Program-made: the position numbers and the translations under genes
Assembly (NCBI RefSeq): GCF_030144855.1
Contig: NC_082712.1
Span: forward strand, 9,672,001-9,736,000
Length of the DNA stretch: 64,000 bases
Direction of reading: 5' to 3'
From: Hypanus sabinus
Taxonomy: Eukaryota
Part shown: piece by piece, positions 1 through 13,749 of the stretch
Position numbering within the stretch: the first letter of the stretch is position 1
Layout: each line of letters starts with the position of its first letter
Notes under the pieces: generated by a model
Seen by the model: only the letters and a program-made list of their open reading frames with translations
Told to the model about the DNA's origin: nothing
The model's database searches: none

Positions 1-652
1 GAGGCACTGTTGTGCCTTTTTCACCACACAGCTGGTATGCACAGACCACGTGAGGTCCTTTGGGATATGGGTGCCAAGGAACATAAAGCTGTTTATCCTC
101 ACAACCCCAGATCCATTGATGTCAATGGGGGTGAGCCTGTCTCCATTCCTCCTGTAATCCACAACTGGCCCCTTTGTTTTTGCAACATTGAGGGAGATGT
201 TATTTTCTTGACACCACTGTGTCAGAGAGGTGAATTCTTCTGTGTTGGCACCTCATTATTATGTGAGATTAGGCCAGTTAATGTAGTATTATTAGCAAAT
301 TTAATTAACAGATTAGAGCTGTGGGTGGCAACACAGTCTTGGGTATACAGAGAGTAAAGGAGGGGCTTAGAACACAGTTCTGAGGGGCTCCTGTGTTGAG
401 GGTCAGGAGGGTAGAGGTGAGATAGCCTGCTCTTAGCACCTGCCAGCAATCTGACAGGAAGTTCAGGATCCAACTGCACAAGGCAGGGTGAAGACAAAGG
501 TCTCTGAGCTTCTTGTCTAGCCTGGATGGAATTATGGTGTTGAATGCTGAACTGTAGTCCAAGAACAGCATTCTCACATAAGCATCCTTCTTTTCCAGAT
601 GTATAAGGATGGTATGTAAAGCAGTGGCTATGCTGAGCACCCATGAACCCAT
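1..652 (-). mobile_element. Rex1/Babar-like non-LTR retrotransposon RT fragment
   Basis: ORF 305..652 LEKKDAYVRMLFLDYSSAFNTIIPSRL and LNTGAPQ motifs; frameshifted. Confidence 0.8.
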
Positions 653-1084
653 GTTGAGCTCATCAATTTAATCAACTTTGCCTTCAACTTTCACCCTGCC
701 TTTTAATTCACTTAGTTCAGTTCTTATACCTCCCTCCCCTTTCTCAATCTCCCTGTCTCCATCTTTGGAACCAAGCTGTCTACCGACATCTTTTGTAAAT
801 CAACCAGATCCCCGACTAAGACTAATAGGCACTGGAGAAGTTTTTTCCCTATTGCGGTCACTTTGCTGAACAGTTAACTGCCGGTTAACTGTCGGCTAAC
901 TATTACTTGGATTGCACTATCTGTATGTATAACCTATATTTTCATTTATGTTTATCATTATTATTGTTATGAGCAGAGAGACAACATCTGCCGGAAGTAA
1001 ATTCCTTGTATGTGCACAGGTACTTGGCGATTAAAGTCTGATTCTGATTCTGATTCTGATCCCACTGCCATCTTGACTATACCT

Positions 1085-1397
1085 CTTCCCACAGGCTTCC
1101 TCCAGTAAAAATGCAGTTCCTTTTTGTCAGTCCCTTCATCTCCACCACATCTGTTCTTAGAACGAGGCTTTCCTTTCCAGGACATCAGAGATGTCCTCCT
1201 CCTTCAAAGAATGGGCTTTCCCTTCCTCCACCATTGAGCCTACCCTCTCAAACATCTCCTCCAATTCCTAAACACTCATGCTCACCCCTTCTTTCCACCG
1301 CCTGAACAGTGACAGAGTTCCTTTCATCCCTACCTACCACTCCAAGAGCTTCCACATCCAACAGATCATGCTCCACAACTTTCGCCATCTCCTTTCC
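1085..1397 (+). mobile_element. Penelope-like element fragment (region between RT and GIY-YIG)
   Basis: DRVPFIPTYHSKSFHIQQIMLHNFRHL resembles the PLE xPLVLTYHP...IxxIIxxHFxxL motif; boundaries approximate. Confidence 0.6.
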
Positions 1398-4300
1398 TTT
1401 TTCAAAGTTTTTATTAATTTCTATGTAGAAGAACACAGAGTTCAAGAAAATACATATTATAAAACAAAAGATATAATAATACCAAATACATTATATTTGA
1501 ATCACATTAACAAACTCTTTACCCTATATTCATGTAGATTACATTAATTCATATGTTGAGATATGAATTATATATATATACACTATACCCACTACCAAAG
1601 CCAAAGTTGTTTGGTAAAGAAAAAAAAAAGGAAAAAAACCTTACCAGATAGTGAAATATGCCATTAACCAGCATCTGTACTTTAACAGGAAAGCAAAGGT
1701 TTTGAAAATAATTCAAAAATGGTCTCCACAAATTTTGAAAATCTTGGTTAGATTCAGAAATTAAACAATGAATCTTTTCTAAATGTAAGCATGCCATAAT
1801 GTCCCGTAACCATTGAGCATGATTAGGTGGAGCAGCATCCTTCCATTTAAGCAATAGCACCCTCCTAGCCATAAGAGAGATAAAAGCCAAAATGTGCAGG
1901 TCAGGTGTCTTCAAAACGACATCTTCCCCTCCAACAATACCAAATAAGGCAGTCGAAGGATTAGACTTAAAATTTACTTTAAAAAGTACAGAAAAAGTTT
2001 GGAATTCTTCCTTCCAGTATTTTTCAAGACTTGGACATGTCCAAAACATATGAATGAATGAAGCTTCTCCATTGTTACACCTATCACAGTAGGAAGATAT
2101 ATCCATTTAAAAAAGAGATAGCTTATCCTTGGTCATATAAGCCCCATGGACCACTTTAAATTGTAGGAGGGAATGATGGGCACATAACAATGAAGTATTA
2201 ACCAGTTTAAAAATTTCATTCCAAGTTTCTTCAGAAATTGAAGTCTGTATATCTTGTTCCCAAAGATTTTGTCTAAAGAATCATTTCTCATTCCCATCAA
2301 CATATCATAAATATTGGATATGGAACCATTATCAAAAGGTTTCAAATTAAGAATTTCATCTAGTAAGTTCTTATCAAGACTTTTAGGAAATGTATATAAT
2401 TGAGATTGCAGGAAGTCTGTAATTTGTAAATATTGAAAAAAGTGGGTTTTTGGTAAATTATATTTAGTTGACAGTTGTTCGAACAAAGAAAGACTTTATC
2501 CAATGAACAGATCCCAGAAACATTTAATACCAAATCTATCCCATTGTTTAAACCTACATCAGTCATAGAGGGCTTAAAAAATTAAGAAAAATGGGACTAG
2601 AAAGGGAAAATCTCAATAAACCAAAGTGTTTTCTAAATTGTATCCAGATCCTCAAGGTATGTTTAACTACCACATTTTCAGTTATTTTACTTAAAGATAA
2701 AAGAAGTGAAGATCCCAAAAGAGAGATGATAGAAAATTTATTAACAGAGTTAGCTTCTAAAGAAACCCACCCTGGACAGTCTTCATAATTAATATAATAT
2801 AACCAAAATGTAAGATTCTGTATATTAACTGCCCAATAATATAACAAAATTTGGTAAAGCTAAACCTCCATTCTTTTTAATTTTCTGAAGATGAACTTTA
2901 TTTAGTCGAGGACGTATATTTTTCCATATATAAGAGGATAAAATAGAGTCAAGAGAATCAAAAAGGATTTTGGAATAAAGATGGTAAAGGCCTGGAAGAG
3001 TTATACATTTAGGTAAGATATTCATTTTAAGAGAATTAATTTGGCCAATCAATGATAATGAAAGAGGCGACCAATTTGATAATGTTCTTTTTATATAATT
3101 GAATAAAGTAAGAAAATTTTCTTCAAATAGGTATTTATAATTCTTAGTAATTGTTACACCCAAATAAGTAAATTGGTTTCTTACAATTTTAAAAGGGAGA
3201 TTAGTATTAGTTGATACCAAATTATTCAAAGGAAAAAGTTCACTCTTATGTAGTTTCAATTTATATCCAGAAAACTGGCTAAAACTAGAGAGTAGAGAAA
3301 GTGCAGAAGGTAACAAAGTCTTGACATTAGAAATAAAAAGCATTAAGTCATCCGCATAAAGTGAAACTTTGTGGGTAGTACCCTTCTGCTAAACACCAGT
3401 GATATCACTAGATTCTCGAAAGGCAATAGCTAAGGGTTCTAAGGCCAGGTCAAAGAGCAAAGGGCTCAAAGGGCAACCTTGTCTGGTTCCACATTGAAGT
3501 TTAAATGGTTTAGAATTCTGAGAATTAGTAAGAACCCAAACAGAAGGAGATAAATAAAGTAATTTAATCCATTAAGTAAAATTGGGCCCAAAATGAAATT
3601 TTACTAAAATTTTAAATAAATAGTGCCATTCAACATGATCAAAAGCCTTCTTAGCATCTAAGGGTATCACACATTCTGATATCTCCCTAGGAGGAGAATA
3701 GATAACATTTAATAACCAGTGAATATTAAAATGGGAATATCGGTTTTTAATAAATCCAGTCTGATTGTCAGAAATGATAGATGGTAAGATATTTTCAATC
3801 CAAATAAGCCAGAACTTTAGATAGGATTTTAGTATCAACATTAAGTAAAGAAATTGGTCTGTATGAATAACATTCAGTTGTGTTCTTATTCTTTTAAGAA
3901 TAAGCAAAATAGAAGCTTCATAAAAAGATTGCAGCAAACCACCTAACTTAAAAGAATCCAAAAAGACTGAACATAAATGAGGTACAAGCAGTGAAGAAAA
4001 AACCTTATAAAATTCTCCAGAAAATCCATCAGGATCTGGAGCCTTCCCTGAGTGCAATGAATGTACAGCCTTGGCAATTTCTTCATGAGAAGTAGGTTGA
4101 TCCAACTGTTTTTGGTTATCCACAGAAAGTGTAGGAATGTTTAGTTAGTCTAAAAAATTATTCATTACAGTATTATCTTTAGGAGGGTCAGAACTATATA
4201 GTTTAGAATAAAATTCTCTGAAGGTATCATTTATTTCTAAATGATCAGTTGTCCCGACACCATTAGCTTTACAAATTTCTTTAATCTGTCATTTAGCAAA

Positions 4301-5021
4301 AGAAATTTCAATTTGGTTAGCCAATAATTTACCTGTTCTATCTCCATGAATATAAAATTGACTTTTATCTTTTAGGAGTTGATTTTCAATAGGATATGTG
4401 AATAAAAGATCATATTTAGTTTTAATTTCAATCAGTCTTTTATAAAGAACAGGATCTGAAGCCAAGGCATATTCTTCATCTAATTGTTTCAGCTGACTGG
4501 CTAAATTAATTCTCTCTTTATTAGCTTTTCTCTTAACACTTCCAGTATGAGATGATTTGTCCTCTAATATATGCCTTAAAGGCATCCCATATAACAAGGC
4601 CAGAAGTCTCCTACACCATATTCTCTTCAAAAAAGAGAATAATTTGTCTCTCCAAGAACTTAAAAAATCCTTGTCAGATAACAAAGTTAGATTAAAATGC
4701 CAGAATCTGTTTGTTTGAGGAAAATCAGGAAGATTTAAAGATAAAAGCATAGGAGCATGATCAGAGATAGCAATCGCTTTATATTCTCAAGATCAAACTA
4801 GTGGAGTCATTTGGCTAAAAATAATGAATTCTAGAATACGTATGATGAACATGAGAGGATAATGAATATTCTCTGTCTGCTGGATGTAGAAAGTGCCATA
4901 CATCAACAATACCACATTTCATTAGAAATGAATGAATAAACAAAGCTGATTATCAAGCATCACTGGTTTAAAAGATGACCGATCTAAAACTGGATCTAAC
5001 CAGCAATTAAAATTTCCTGTC
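1398..5021 (-). mobile_element. L1-clade LINE, 5'-truncated degenerate ORF2
   Basis: Collinear ORF pieces: GKAPDPDGFSGEFYK, DNQTGFIKNR, LDAKKAFDHVEW, GGLALPNF/LYYWA, C-terminal CDRC...HMFWTCPSL; A-rich 3' end near 1400. Confidence 0.9.
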
Positions 5022-8000
5022 ATCACATAGATAGATAAAACAGTACAGCACAGTTTAGGCCCTTTGGCCCACAATGTTGTGCTGACCCTCAAACCCTGCC
5101 TCCCATATAACCCCCCACCTTAAATTCCTCCATATACCTGTTTCTTAAACTTCACTAGTGTATCTGCCTCCACCACTGACTTAGGCAGTGCATTCCACGC
5201 ACCAACCACTCTCTGAAAAACCTTCCTCTAATATCCCCCTTGAACTTCCCTCCCTTTACCTTAAAGCCATGTCCTCTTGTACTGAGCAGTGGTGCCCTGG
5301 GGAAGAGGCGCTGGCTGTCTACTCTGTCTATTCCTCTTAATATCTTGTGCAACTCTATCATGTCTCCTCTCATCCTCCTTCTCTCCAAAGAGTAAAGCCC
5401 TAGCTCCCTTAATCTCTGATCATAATGCATACTCTCTAAACCAGGCAGCATCCTGGTAAATCTCCTCTGTGCCTTTTCCAATGCTTCCACATCCTTCCTA
5501 TACTGAGGTGACCAGAACTGGACACAGTACTCCAAATGTGGCCTAACTAGAGTTTTAAAGAGCTGCATCATTACACCGCGTCTTAAACTCTATCCCTCAA
5601 CTTATGAAAGTTAACACCCCATAAGCTTTCTTAATTACCTTATCTACCTGTGAGGCAACTTTCAGGGATCTGTGGACATGTACCCCCAGATCCCTCTGCT
5701 CCTCCACACTACCAAGTATCCTGCCATTTACTTTGTACTGTGCCTTGAAGTTTGTCCTTCCAAAGTGTACCACCTCACACTTCTCTGGGTTGGACTCCAT
5801 CTGCCACTTCTCAGCCCACTTCTGCATCCTATCAATGTCTCTCTGCAATCTTTGACAATCCTCTACACTGTTTACAACACCACCAACCTTTGTGTTGTCT
5901 ACAAACTTGCCAACCCACCCTTCTAACCCCACATCCAGGTCGTTAATAAAAATCACAAAAAATAGAGGTCCCAGAACAGATCCTTGTGGGACACCACTAG
6001 TCACAAACCTCCAATCTGAATGTACTCCCTCCACTATGACCCTCTGCCTTCTGCAGGCAAGCCAATTCTGAATCCACCTGGCCAAACTTCCCTGGGTCCC
6101 ATGCCTTCTGACTTTCTGAATAAACCTACCGTGTGGTACATTGTCAAATGCCTTACTAAAATCCATGTAGAACACATCCACTGCACTACCCTCATCTATA
6201 TGCCTGGTTACCTCCTCAAAGAACTCTATCAGGCTTGTTAGACAGGATCTGCCCTTCACAAAACTATGCTGACTGTCCCTGATCAGACTATGATTCTCTA
6301 AATGCCCATTGATCCTATCTCTAAGAATCTTTTCCAACAGCTTTCCCACCACAGACGTAAGGCTCACTGGTCTATAATTACCTGGACTATCCCTACTACC
6401 TTTTTTGAACAAGGGAACAAAACTTGCCTCCCTCCAATCCTCCGGTACCATTCCCGTGGGCAATGAGGACATAAAGATCCTAGCCAGAGGTTCAGCAATC
6501 TCTTCCTTTGTCTCGTGGAGCAGCCTGTGGAATATTCCAACAGGCCCTGGGGACTTACCTATCCTAATGTATTTTAACAACTCCATCACCTCCTCTCTCT
6601 TAATATCAAGATGCTCCAGAACATCATCCTCACTCATATTGTCCTCACCGTCATCAAGTTCCCTGTCAGAGGTGAATAACAAAGAGAAGTATTCATTGAG
6701 GACCTCGTTCACTTCCACAGCCTCCAGGCACATCTTCCCACTTTTATCTCTAATCAGTCCCACCTTCAGTCCTGTCATCCTTTTGTTCTTCACATAAGTG
6801 AAGAATGCCTTGGGGTTTTCCTTTACCCTATTCACCAAGGCCTTCTCATGCCCCCTTCTTGCTCTTCTCAGCCCCTTCTTAAGCTCCTTTCTTGCTACCC
6901 TATATTCCTCAATAGACCCATCTGATCCTTGCTTCCGAAACGTCATGTATGCTGTCTTCTTCCTCCTGACTAGATTTTCCATTTCACTTGTCACCCATGG
7001 TTCCTTCACCCTACCATTCTTTATCTTCCTCACCGGGAAGAATTTATCCCTAACATCCTGCAAGAGATCCTTAAACATCGACCACATGTCCATAGTACAT
7101 TTCCCTGCAAAAACATCATCCCAATTCACACCCGCAAGTTCTAGCCTTATAGCCTCATAATTTGCCCTTCCCCAATTAAAAATTTTCCTATCCTCTCTGA
7201 TTCTATCCTTTTTCATGATAATGGTAAAGGTCAGGGAGCGGTGATCACTGTCCCCCAGATGCTCACCCACTGACAGATCTGTGACCTGACCCAGTTCGTT
7301 ACCTAATACTAGATCTAGTATGGCATTTCCCCTAGTCGGCCTGTCAACATACTGTGACAGGAATCCATCCTGGACACACTTAACAAACTCTGCCCCATCT
7401 AAACCCTTGGAACTAATCAAGTGTCAATCAATATTAGGGAAGTTAAAGTCACTCATGATAACAACCCTGTTATTTTTGCACCTTTCCAAAATTTGCCTCC
7501 CAATCTGCTCCTCGGTATCTCTGCTGCTACCAGGGGGCCTATAGAATACCCCCAGTAGAGTAACTGCTCCCTTCCTGTTCCTGACTTCCACCCATACTGA
7601 CTCAAAAGAGGATCCTGCTACATTACCCACCCTTTCTGCAGCTGTAATAGTATCCCTGACCAGTAATGACACCCTCCTCCCCCTTCCCCCCCTCTATCCC
7701 TTTTAAAGCACTGAAATCCAGGATAATTGAGAATCCATTCCCGCCCTGGTGCCAGCCAAGTCTCCGTAATGGCCACTACATCATAATTCCATGTGTGTAT
7801 CCAAGCTCTGAGTTTATCACCTTTGTTCCTGATGCTTCTTGCATTGAAGTACACACACTTTAGCCCTTCTACCTTACTACATTTATACCCTTTGTTCTGC
7901 TGCTCTTTCCTCAAAGCCTCTCTATATGTTCGATCTGGCTTTACTCCATGCACTTCTTTCACTGCTCTATCTCTCCAGGTCCCATCCCCCTTGCAAATTA

Positions 8001-9130
8001 GTTTAAACTCTCCCGAACCATGCTAGCAAACCTACCAGCAAGGATATTGCTCCCCCTTGAGTTCAGGTGCAACCCATCCAATCTGTACACGTCTCACCTT
8101 CCCCAGAAGAGATCCCAATGGTCCAAAAATCTAAAACCCTGCCCCCTGCACCAACTCCTCAGCCACACATTCAATTGCCATCTCCTCCAATTCTTACTAT
8201 CACTATCACATAGTACTGGCAGCAATCCTGAGAATGCCACCCTTGAGGTCCTGTTCTTCAGCCTTCTGTCTAGTTCCTGAAACTCACACTTCAGGACCTC
8301 ATCCCTCTTCCTGCCTATGTCATTGGTTCCAACTTCTGGTTGCTTTCCCTCTTGTACCAGGATGTCATGCACCCGGTCAGGGACATCCTGGACCCTGGCA
8401 CCTGGGAGGCAACAAACCATGCAGGTTTTCTTCTCATGTCCACAAAATCTTCTTACTGCACCCCTGATTATAGTCTCCAATGACGACAGCCCTCCTCTTC
8501 TCTATCCCATCCTTCTGCACCACAGGGTCAGACTCAGTGCTGGAGGCCCTGCCACTGTGGCTCACACCTGGTCGGTCGTCCTCGCCAACAGTATCCAGGA
8601 TGGTAAACTTATTATTCAGGGAATGGCTACAGGGGTGCTCTGTACTACGTGCCTACTCTCCTTCACTTTTCCCCCTCAGACTTTCACCCAACGACCTGCT
8701 TCCGGCAGCCTAGGTGTGACTACCTCCCTATTGCCCTCATCTATGACTGCTTCATTCTCCCTTATGAGTCAAAGGTCATCCAGCTGCTGCTCCAGATTCC
8801 TCACACGGTCTTCCAGATCACCCAGCCACATGCACTTCTGGCAGATGTGACTCTGCAGGACAGGGGAGTTCATTGGTGATGAAAGCAGCCAGTGAGTGAG
8901 TGGCCAGTGAAGGAGTGGAGATTTGAGGCTTTGACTCGAGAGATTCTGGCAGTTTTGGCAGTTGGACTATGCAATCAAGTCAATCAAGATTTGAATAGCT
9001 CAGCAGAAAGCCGTTGATTAGACAATCAAGAATTGAAAAGCTCAGACTCAGCAGAAAGCAGCTGATTGGGCAATCGAGGTCAGGTGACCAAGCAGTTTGA
9101 AAAGCTCAAACAAATAAATAGAGGGTTACC
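5022..9130 (-). mobile_element. Near full-length CR1 LINE (SGNH-esterase ORF1; APE endonuclease + RT ORF2), frameshifted
   Basis: ORF1 GARVQDV...VGTNDIGRK (8094..8480); EN CVYFNARSIRNK, VAITETWL, GVFYRPP; 607-aa RT ORF 5597..7420 with GVPQGSVLGP; RPHLEYCVQFWSP C-terminus. Confidence 0.93.
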
Positions 9131-9409
9131 TCAAGCAGAGCGGCCTGTGGAAAGCTTTTCAAATCCTCTCCATCGGCTAAAAAGGCATGAATTATGTACA
9201 TGAGTTTCTTGTAAAAAGATAATTGGGACCTTAAGTTTTTTAATATAGGCAAAAATCTTATTTCATTTCACAGGGTGATTTAACCCTTTCATGTTAAGAC
9301 TAAGTAAGTTAGTAGTTAAATCCATTTTAATACTAATTAAAAGAAAAGTTAGAGGGATAATCCCTGAAATGATTAATAAAACTAAACAATGACCTTTGAG
9401 ATAAGGTAA

Positions 9410-10240
9410 CCAAGCAACAGATTTGGCTAAGAGTCTAAAACCCTGCGGAACACCACTAGTCCCTGGTAGCCAACCAGTAGAAGATCCTTTTATTCCCACT
9501 CACTGCCTCCTACCAATCAGCCAATGCTCTAACCATGCCAGCAACTTTCCTGTAATGCCATAGGATTTTATCTTGTTAAGCAGTCTCATGTGTGGCATCT
9601 TATCAAACACCTTCTGACATCCACTGCCTCTTCTTTGTCCATCCTGCTTGTTACTTCCTCGAAGAACAGATTTGTCAGGCAAGATTTCCCTTTACAGAAA
9701 CCATGCTGACTTTGACTTATTTTATCATTAGTCACCAAGTACCTCAAAACCTCATCCTTAATAATGGACTCCAACACTTTCTCAACCACTGAGGTTGGGC
9801 TACCTGGCCTACAATTCCCTTTCTTTTGCCTTCCGCCCTTCTAAAAGAGTGCAGTGACACTTGCAATCTTCCAATCCTCTGGGACCATGCCAGAATCAAG
9901 TGATTCTTGAAAGATCATGATCAATGCACCCATTATCTCTTCAGCAACCTCTCTTAGGACTCTGTGATGTAGTCCATCTGGTCCAGGTGACTTATCCACC
10001 ATAAGATCTTTCAGCTTGCCTGGCACTTTTCCATTGTAGTAGTAATGACGCTCACTCATGTTCCCTGACACTCACAGACCTCTGGTACACTGCCAGTGTT
10101 TTCCACATTGAAGTCAGATGCAAAGTGCCCATTAAGTTCATCTGCCATTTCTTAGTTCCCCATAACTACCTCACCAGCATCATTGTCCAGTGGTCCAATA
10201 TCAACTCCCTCTCAAATTGCAGTATGAACTCATTCATGTT
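9410..10240 (-). mobile_element. CR1 RT fragment with deletions
   Basis: KSPGPDGLHHRVL, QHGFCKGKSCLTNL, FDKMPHMRLL. Confidence 0.85.
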
Positions 10241-10249
10241 ATGATCACT

Positions 10250-11410
10250 GCCTCCTTTGGAGTTCTGGGAGACTAATGATAAAATAAGTCAAAGTCAGCT
10301 TGGCTTCTGTGAAGGGAAATCTTGCCTGACAAATCTGTTAGAGTTCCTCGAGGAAGTAACAAGCAGGATGGACAAAGGAGAGGCAGTGGGTGTCATTTAC
10401 TTGAATTTTCAGATGGCATGTAAGGGTTCCTTTACATAAGGCTGTTACAAAATCAAAAGATAGATAGTGTTGACGTGGATAGGCTTTTTCCATTGAGAGT
10501 GGGGGAGATTCAAAGAAGAGGACATGAGTTGAGAGTTAGGGGGCAAAAGTTTGTGGTAACACAAGGGGGAATTTCTTTACTCAGAGAGTGGTAGCTGTGT
10601 GGAATGAGCTTCCAGTGGAAGTGGTAGAGGCAGGTTCAGTATTGTCATTTAAAGTAAAATTGGATAAGTATATGGACAGGAAAGGAATGGAGGGTAATGG
10701 GCTGAGTGCGGGCTATTGGGACTGGGTGAGACTAAGCGTTCGGCATGGACTAGAAGGGCCAAGATGGTCTGTTTCCCTGCTGTAATGGTTAAATGGTTAT
10801 ATATGGTTACCTGATGGCAGCAGCGAGAAAAGAACATGGTCTGGGTGGTGAGGACCTTTGATGATGGATGCTGCTTTTCTACGGCAATGTTTCATGTAGA
10901 TGTGCACAATAGTTGGGTGGGTTTTACCTGTGACGTACTGGGCCAAATCCACAAGTTTTGTAGGATTTTCTGCTCAAAGGCATTGGTGTTCTCATACCAG
11001 GCCATAATGCAACCAGTCAGAACTCACCTATAGAAGTTTGTCAAGGCTTCTGGAAGGCCTAGATAGAGTGGATGTGGAGAGGATGTTTCCTGTGGTAGGC
11101 AAATCTAGAACCAGAGAACACAGCCTCAGAGTCGAGGGACATTCATTTAGAACAGGGATGAGGAGAAGTTTCTTTAGTCAGAGGGTGGTGAATCTGTGGA
11201 ATTAATTGCCTGCAGATGGCTGTGGACACCAAGTCATTGGGAATATGTAAGCAGAGACTAATAGGTTCTTGATTAGTCAGAACATCAAAGATTGTGGGAG
11301 AAGGCAGGAGAATGGGGCTGAGAGGGAAAATAAGTCAGCCATGATGGAATGGTGGAGCAGGTTCAATGGGCCAAATGGCCTAACTTTGCTCCTATGTCTT
11401 ATGGTCGTAT
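10250..11410 (+). mobile_element. Patchwork of CR1 RT and 3'-end fragments with a minus-strand Rex1-like piece (about 10800..11040)
   Basis: EGKSCLTNLLEFLEEVT; FFTQRVVAVWNELP-type 3' coding end; boundaries approximate. Confidence 0.7.
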
Positions 11411-11429
11411 GGTTTTACAGACTTATTTT

Positions 11430-11690
11430 ATTGAGAATAGGCCCTTCTGACCCTTCGAGGCGCACCACCCAACATCCCCCCTATTTACCTAGCCTAAACA
11501 CAAGACAGTTTACAATGACCAATTAAGCTACCAACCATACAACTTTGGACTGTGGGAAGAATCTGCAGCACCTGGAGGAAACCCATGTGGTCATGGGGGA
11601 GAACATATGAACTCCTTACAGGCAGCGGCGTGAATTGAACCTGGGTCACCTGTACTGTAAGCGTTGTGCTATCCATATGCTACTGTGCCA
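11430..11690 (-). mobile_element. V-SINE/HE1-like SINE
   Basis: tRNA-like head (ggttcaattc box B) followed by gtaaggagtt...ttctccc...gggtttcctcc core; similar copies near 12600-12880, 33170-33360, 44650-44920 and 51050-51140. Confidence 0.6.
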
Positions 11691-12289
11691 CTCTGTATGG
11701 TCTTATACAAAATACAATGTGGATGTTTTATCTACTCAGAAGTCTTCAGCATAATGGTTTTCATTTTGGCAAAATACTCTAACCACTGAACTTCAAAAAT
11801 TAATTATGAATGTCCAAATTCTGCTTCTATATCATATAGTATTATGATTGAGGCATGGCGTAGAAAACCATTAAAGTGTCTAGCTTGACAGTGAAGTGAA
11901 AAAAGCATTTTATTTAAATAGAGTCATAGAGTTGTACAGGAGGGAAAAAGGCCCTTCGGCCCATAGCTGTCCATGCTGACCGAGATGTACTCAATTTCCA
12001 AGCTAATCCCATTTCTCAGGACTTGATCCCACATCCCTCGGAATTCTTATCATCCATATGCTGTGCCTGTCCACATAATTCTTCAGTGTACCTGTGGTAA
12101 GCTATGTATACCTGTCTGGACACGCCCCTCTGCTGACTGCTGCTGTGGCTCCTCCCACAGACCCCTGTATAGAGGCGATTGGGGCACTGCTCCTCCCTCA
12201 GTCTCCGAAATGCCTTGCTCCCTTTTTGATGCTAATAAAGCCTATCATTCACTTCCAGTCTCTGAGAGTCATTGATGGTGCATCAGTAC

Positions 12290-12520
12290 CTGCCTCTGCC
12301 AACACACACAGAATTCTGGAGGAACACAGCAGGTCAGGCAGCATCTATGGAGGGAAGAAACAGTCAACATTTTGGGCCAACACCCTTCATCAGGAATGGC
12401 CACTCTCAGCCCAAGACATCGACTGTTTATTCCGCTCCATAGACGCCACCTGACATGCTGAGTTCCTCCAGCACTGTGTGTGCTTTACTCTGGATTTCCA
12501 GCATCTGCAGAATCTACTGT
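12290..12520. mobile_element. Palindromic Penelope-derived short element with degenerate hammerhead core
   Basis: Inverted arms acacacagaattctggaggaacacagcagg / ctgagttcctccagcactgtgtg; minus strand ctgatgaagggtgttggcccaaaa. Confidence 0.65.
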
Positions 12521-13749
12521 GTTTATGATTTGCACTTCCACATATCTGCCACCTGCTGTTTTTTTTTAAAAAAAGTTCCCCCTTTGGCTTTTTATTTAGC
12601 TGACTTGTTTTTTGTTAAGTTTAGATACACGGTGTGGAACTGGCCCTTCCGGCCCAATGAGTCACACTACAACCCAACTATTTAACCCTCACCTAATCAG
12701 AGGAGAATTAACCTGCTAACCAGTGTGCCTTTGGGTTGTGGGAGGGAAGTGGAGCACCCAGAGGAAACCAACATGTTTTACCAGTTGAATGTGCAAGCCC
12801 TTTACAGACAGAAGCAGACTTGATCTCCGAACTCCGCAGCACCCTGAGCTGTAATAGCACCCTGCTATCGTGGTGCACTGTTAAACTTTACACCTTTAAC
12901 CTTAAAATTACTGTATGTCCTCTGGTTTTTGATTCACCAACCCTAGAAAAAAGACATTTTGTCCAAGCTATGTCCCTCATAATTTTTTATAGCTGTATGA
13001 GATCATTCCTCAGTCTTCCATGTTCCAAGGCCCAGCCTGTCCAACCTCTCCCTGTAACTTAATCCCCCAATTCCAGGCAGCATCTTTGTAAATCATTTTT
13101 GCAAGGCTTTCAATTCTTCCATTCTTCCAATAACAGGATAGCCAAAACTGAATACAGTACTCAAGTGTGGCCTCGCCAATGTCTTATACAATCACAACGT
13201 CTTGTAACCTCTCAATTTCTATATTCAGTGCCCTGATTCATGAAAGCCAGCATTGTCAAAAACCTCCTTCACTGCCTTGATACCTAATTCCACTTTAAGA
13301 GAACAATGCGTCCGTATTCCAAGATACCACAGTTCTAAAACATAACCATGGCCATCAGTTCAATATAAAATTCTTACCTTGGTCAGACCTTCCAAAAAAA
13401 GAGGCCATGCTGTCTTCTCTCTGCTGCCATCAGGAAGGAGGTACAGGATCCCCAGCTTCTGTACCCACAGGTACCAAAGGGGAAAACTTCACTGACTGCA
13501 TCACTGAGGTGTTCTCACAATCCAAGGGCTCACTCTCAAGGACTCCTTGTTGCGTGTTCTCAATATTTATTACTTATTTATTTAGCATTATTATGTTGTT
13601 TCTTTTGTTTCTTTTTGCATATTCACATTAGTTGTCCATCCATCTTTGTTATATACAGTCTGTCATTAATTCTATTGTGATTTTTTTTGTATTTACTGTG
13701 AATGCCCACAGGAAAATTAACCTCAGGGTTGTATAGCCTGAGGTTATAC

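Noticed and set aside
5597-7420. Longest ORF (607 aa) as a host gene
   Set aside because: It is CR1 reverse transcriptase
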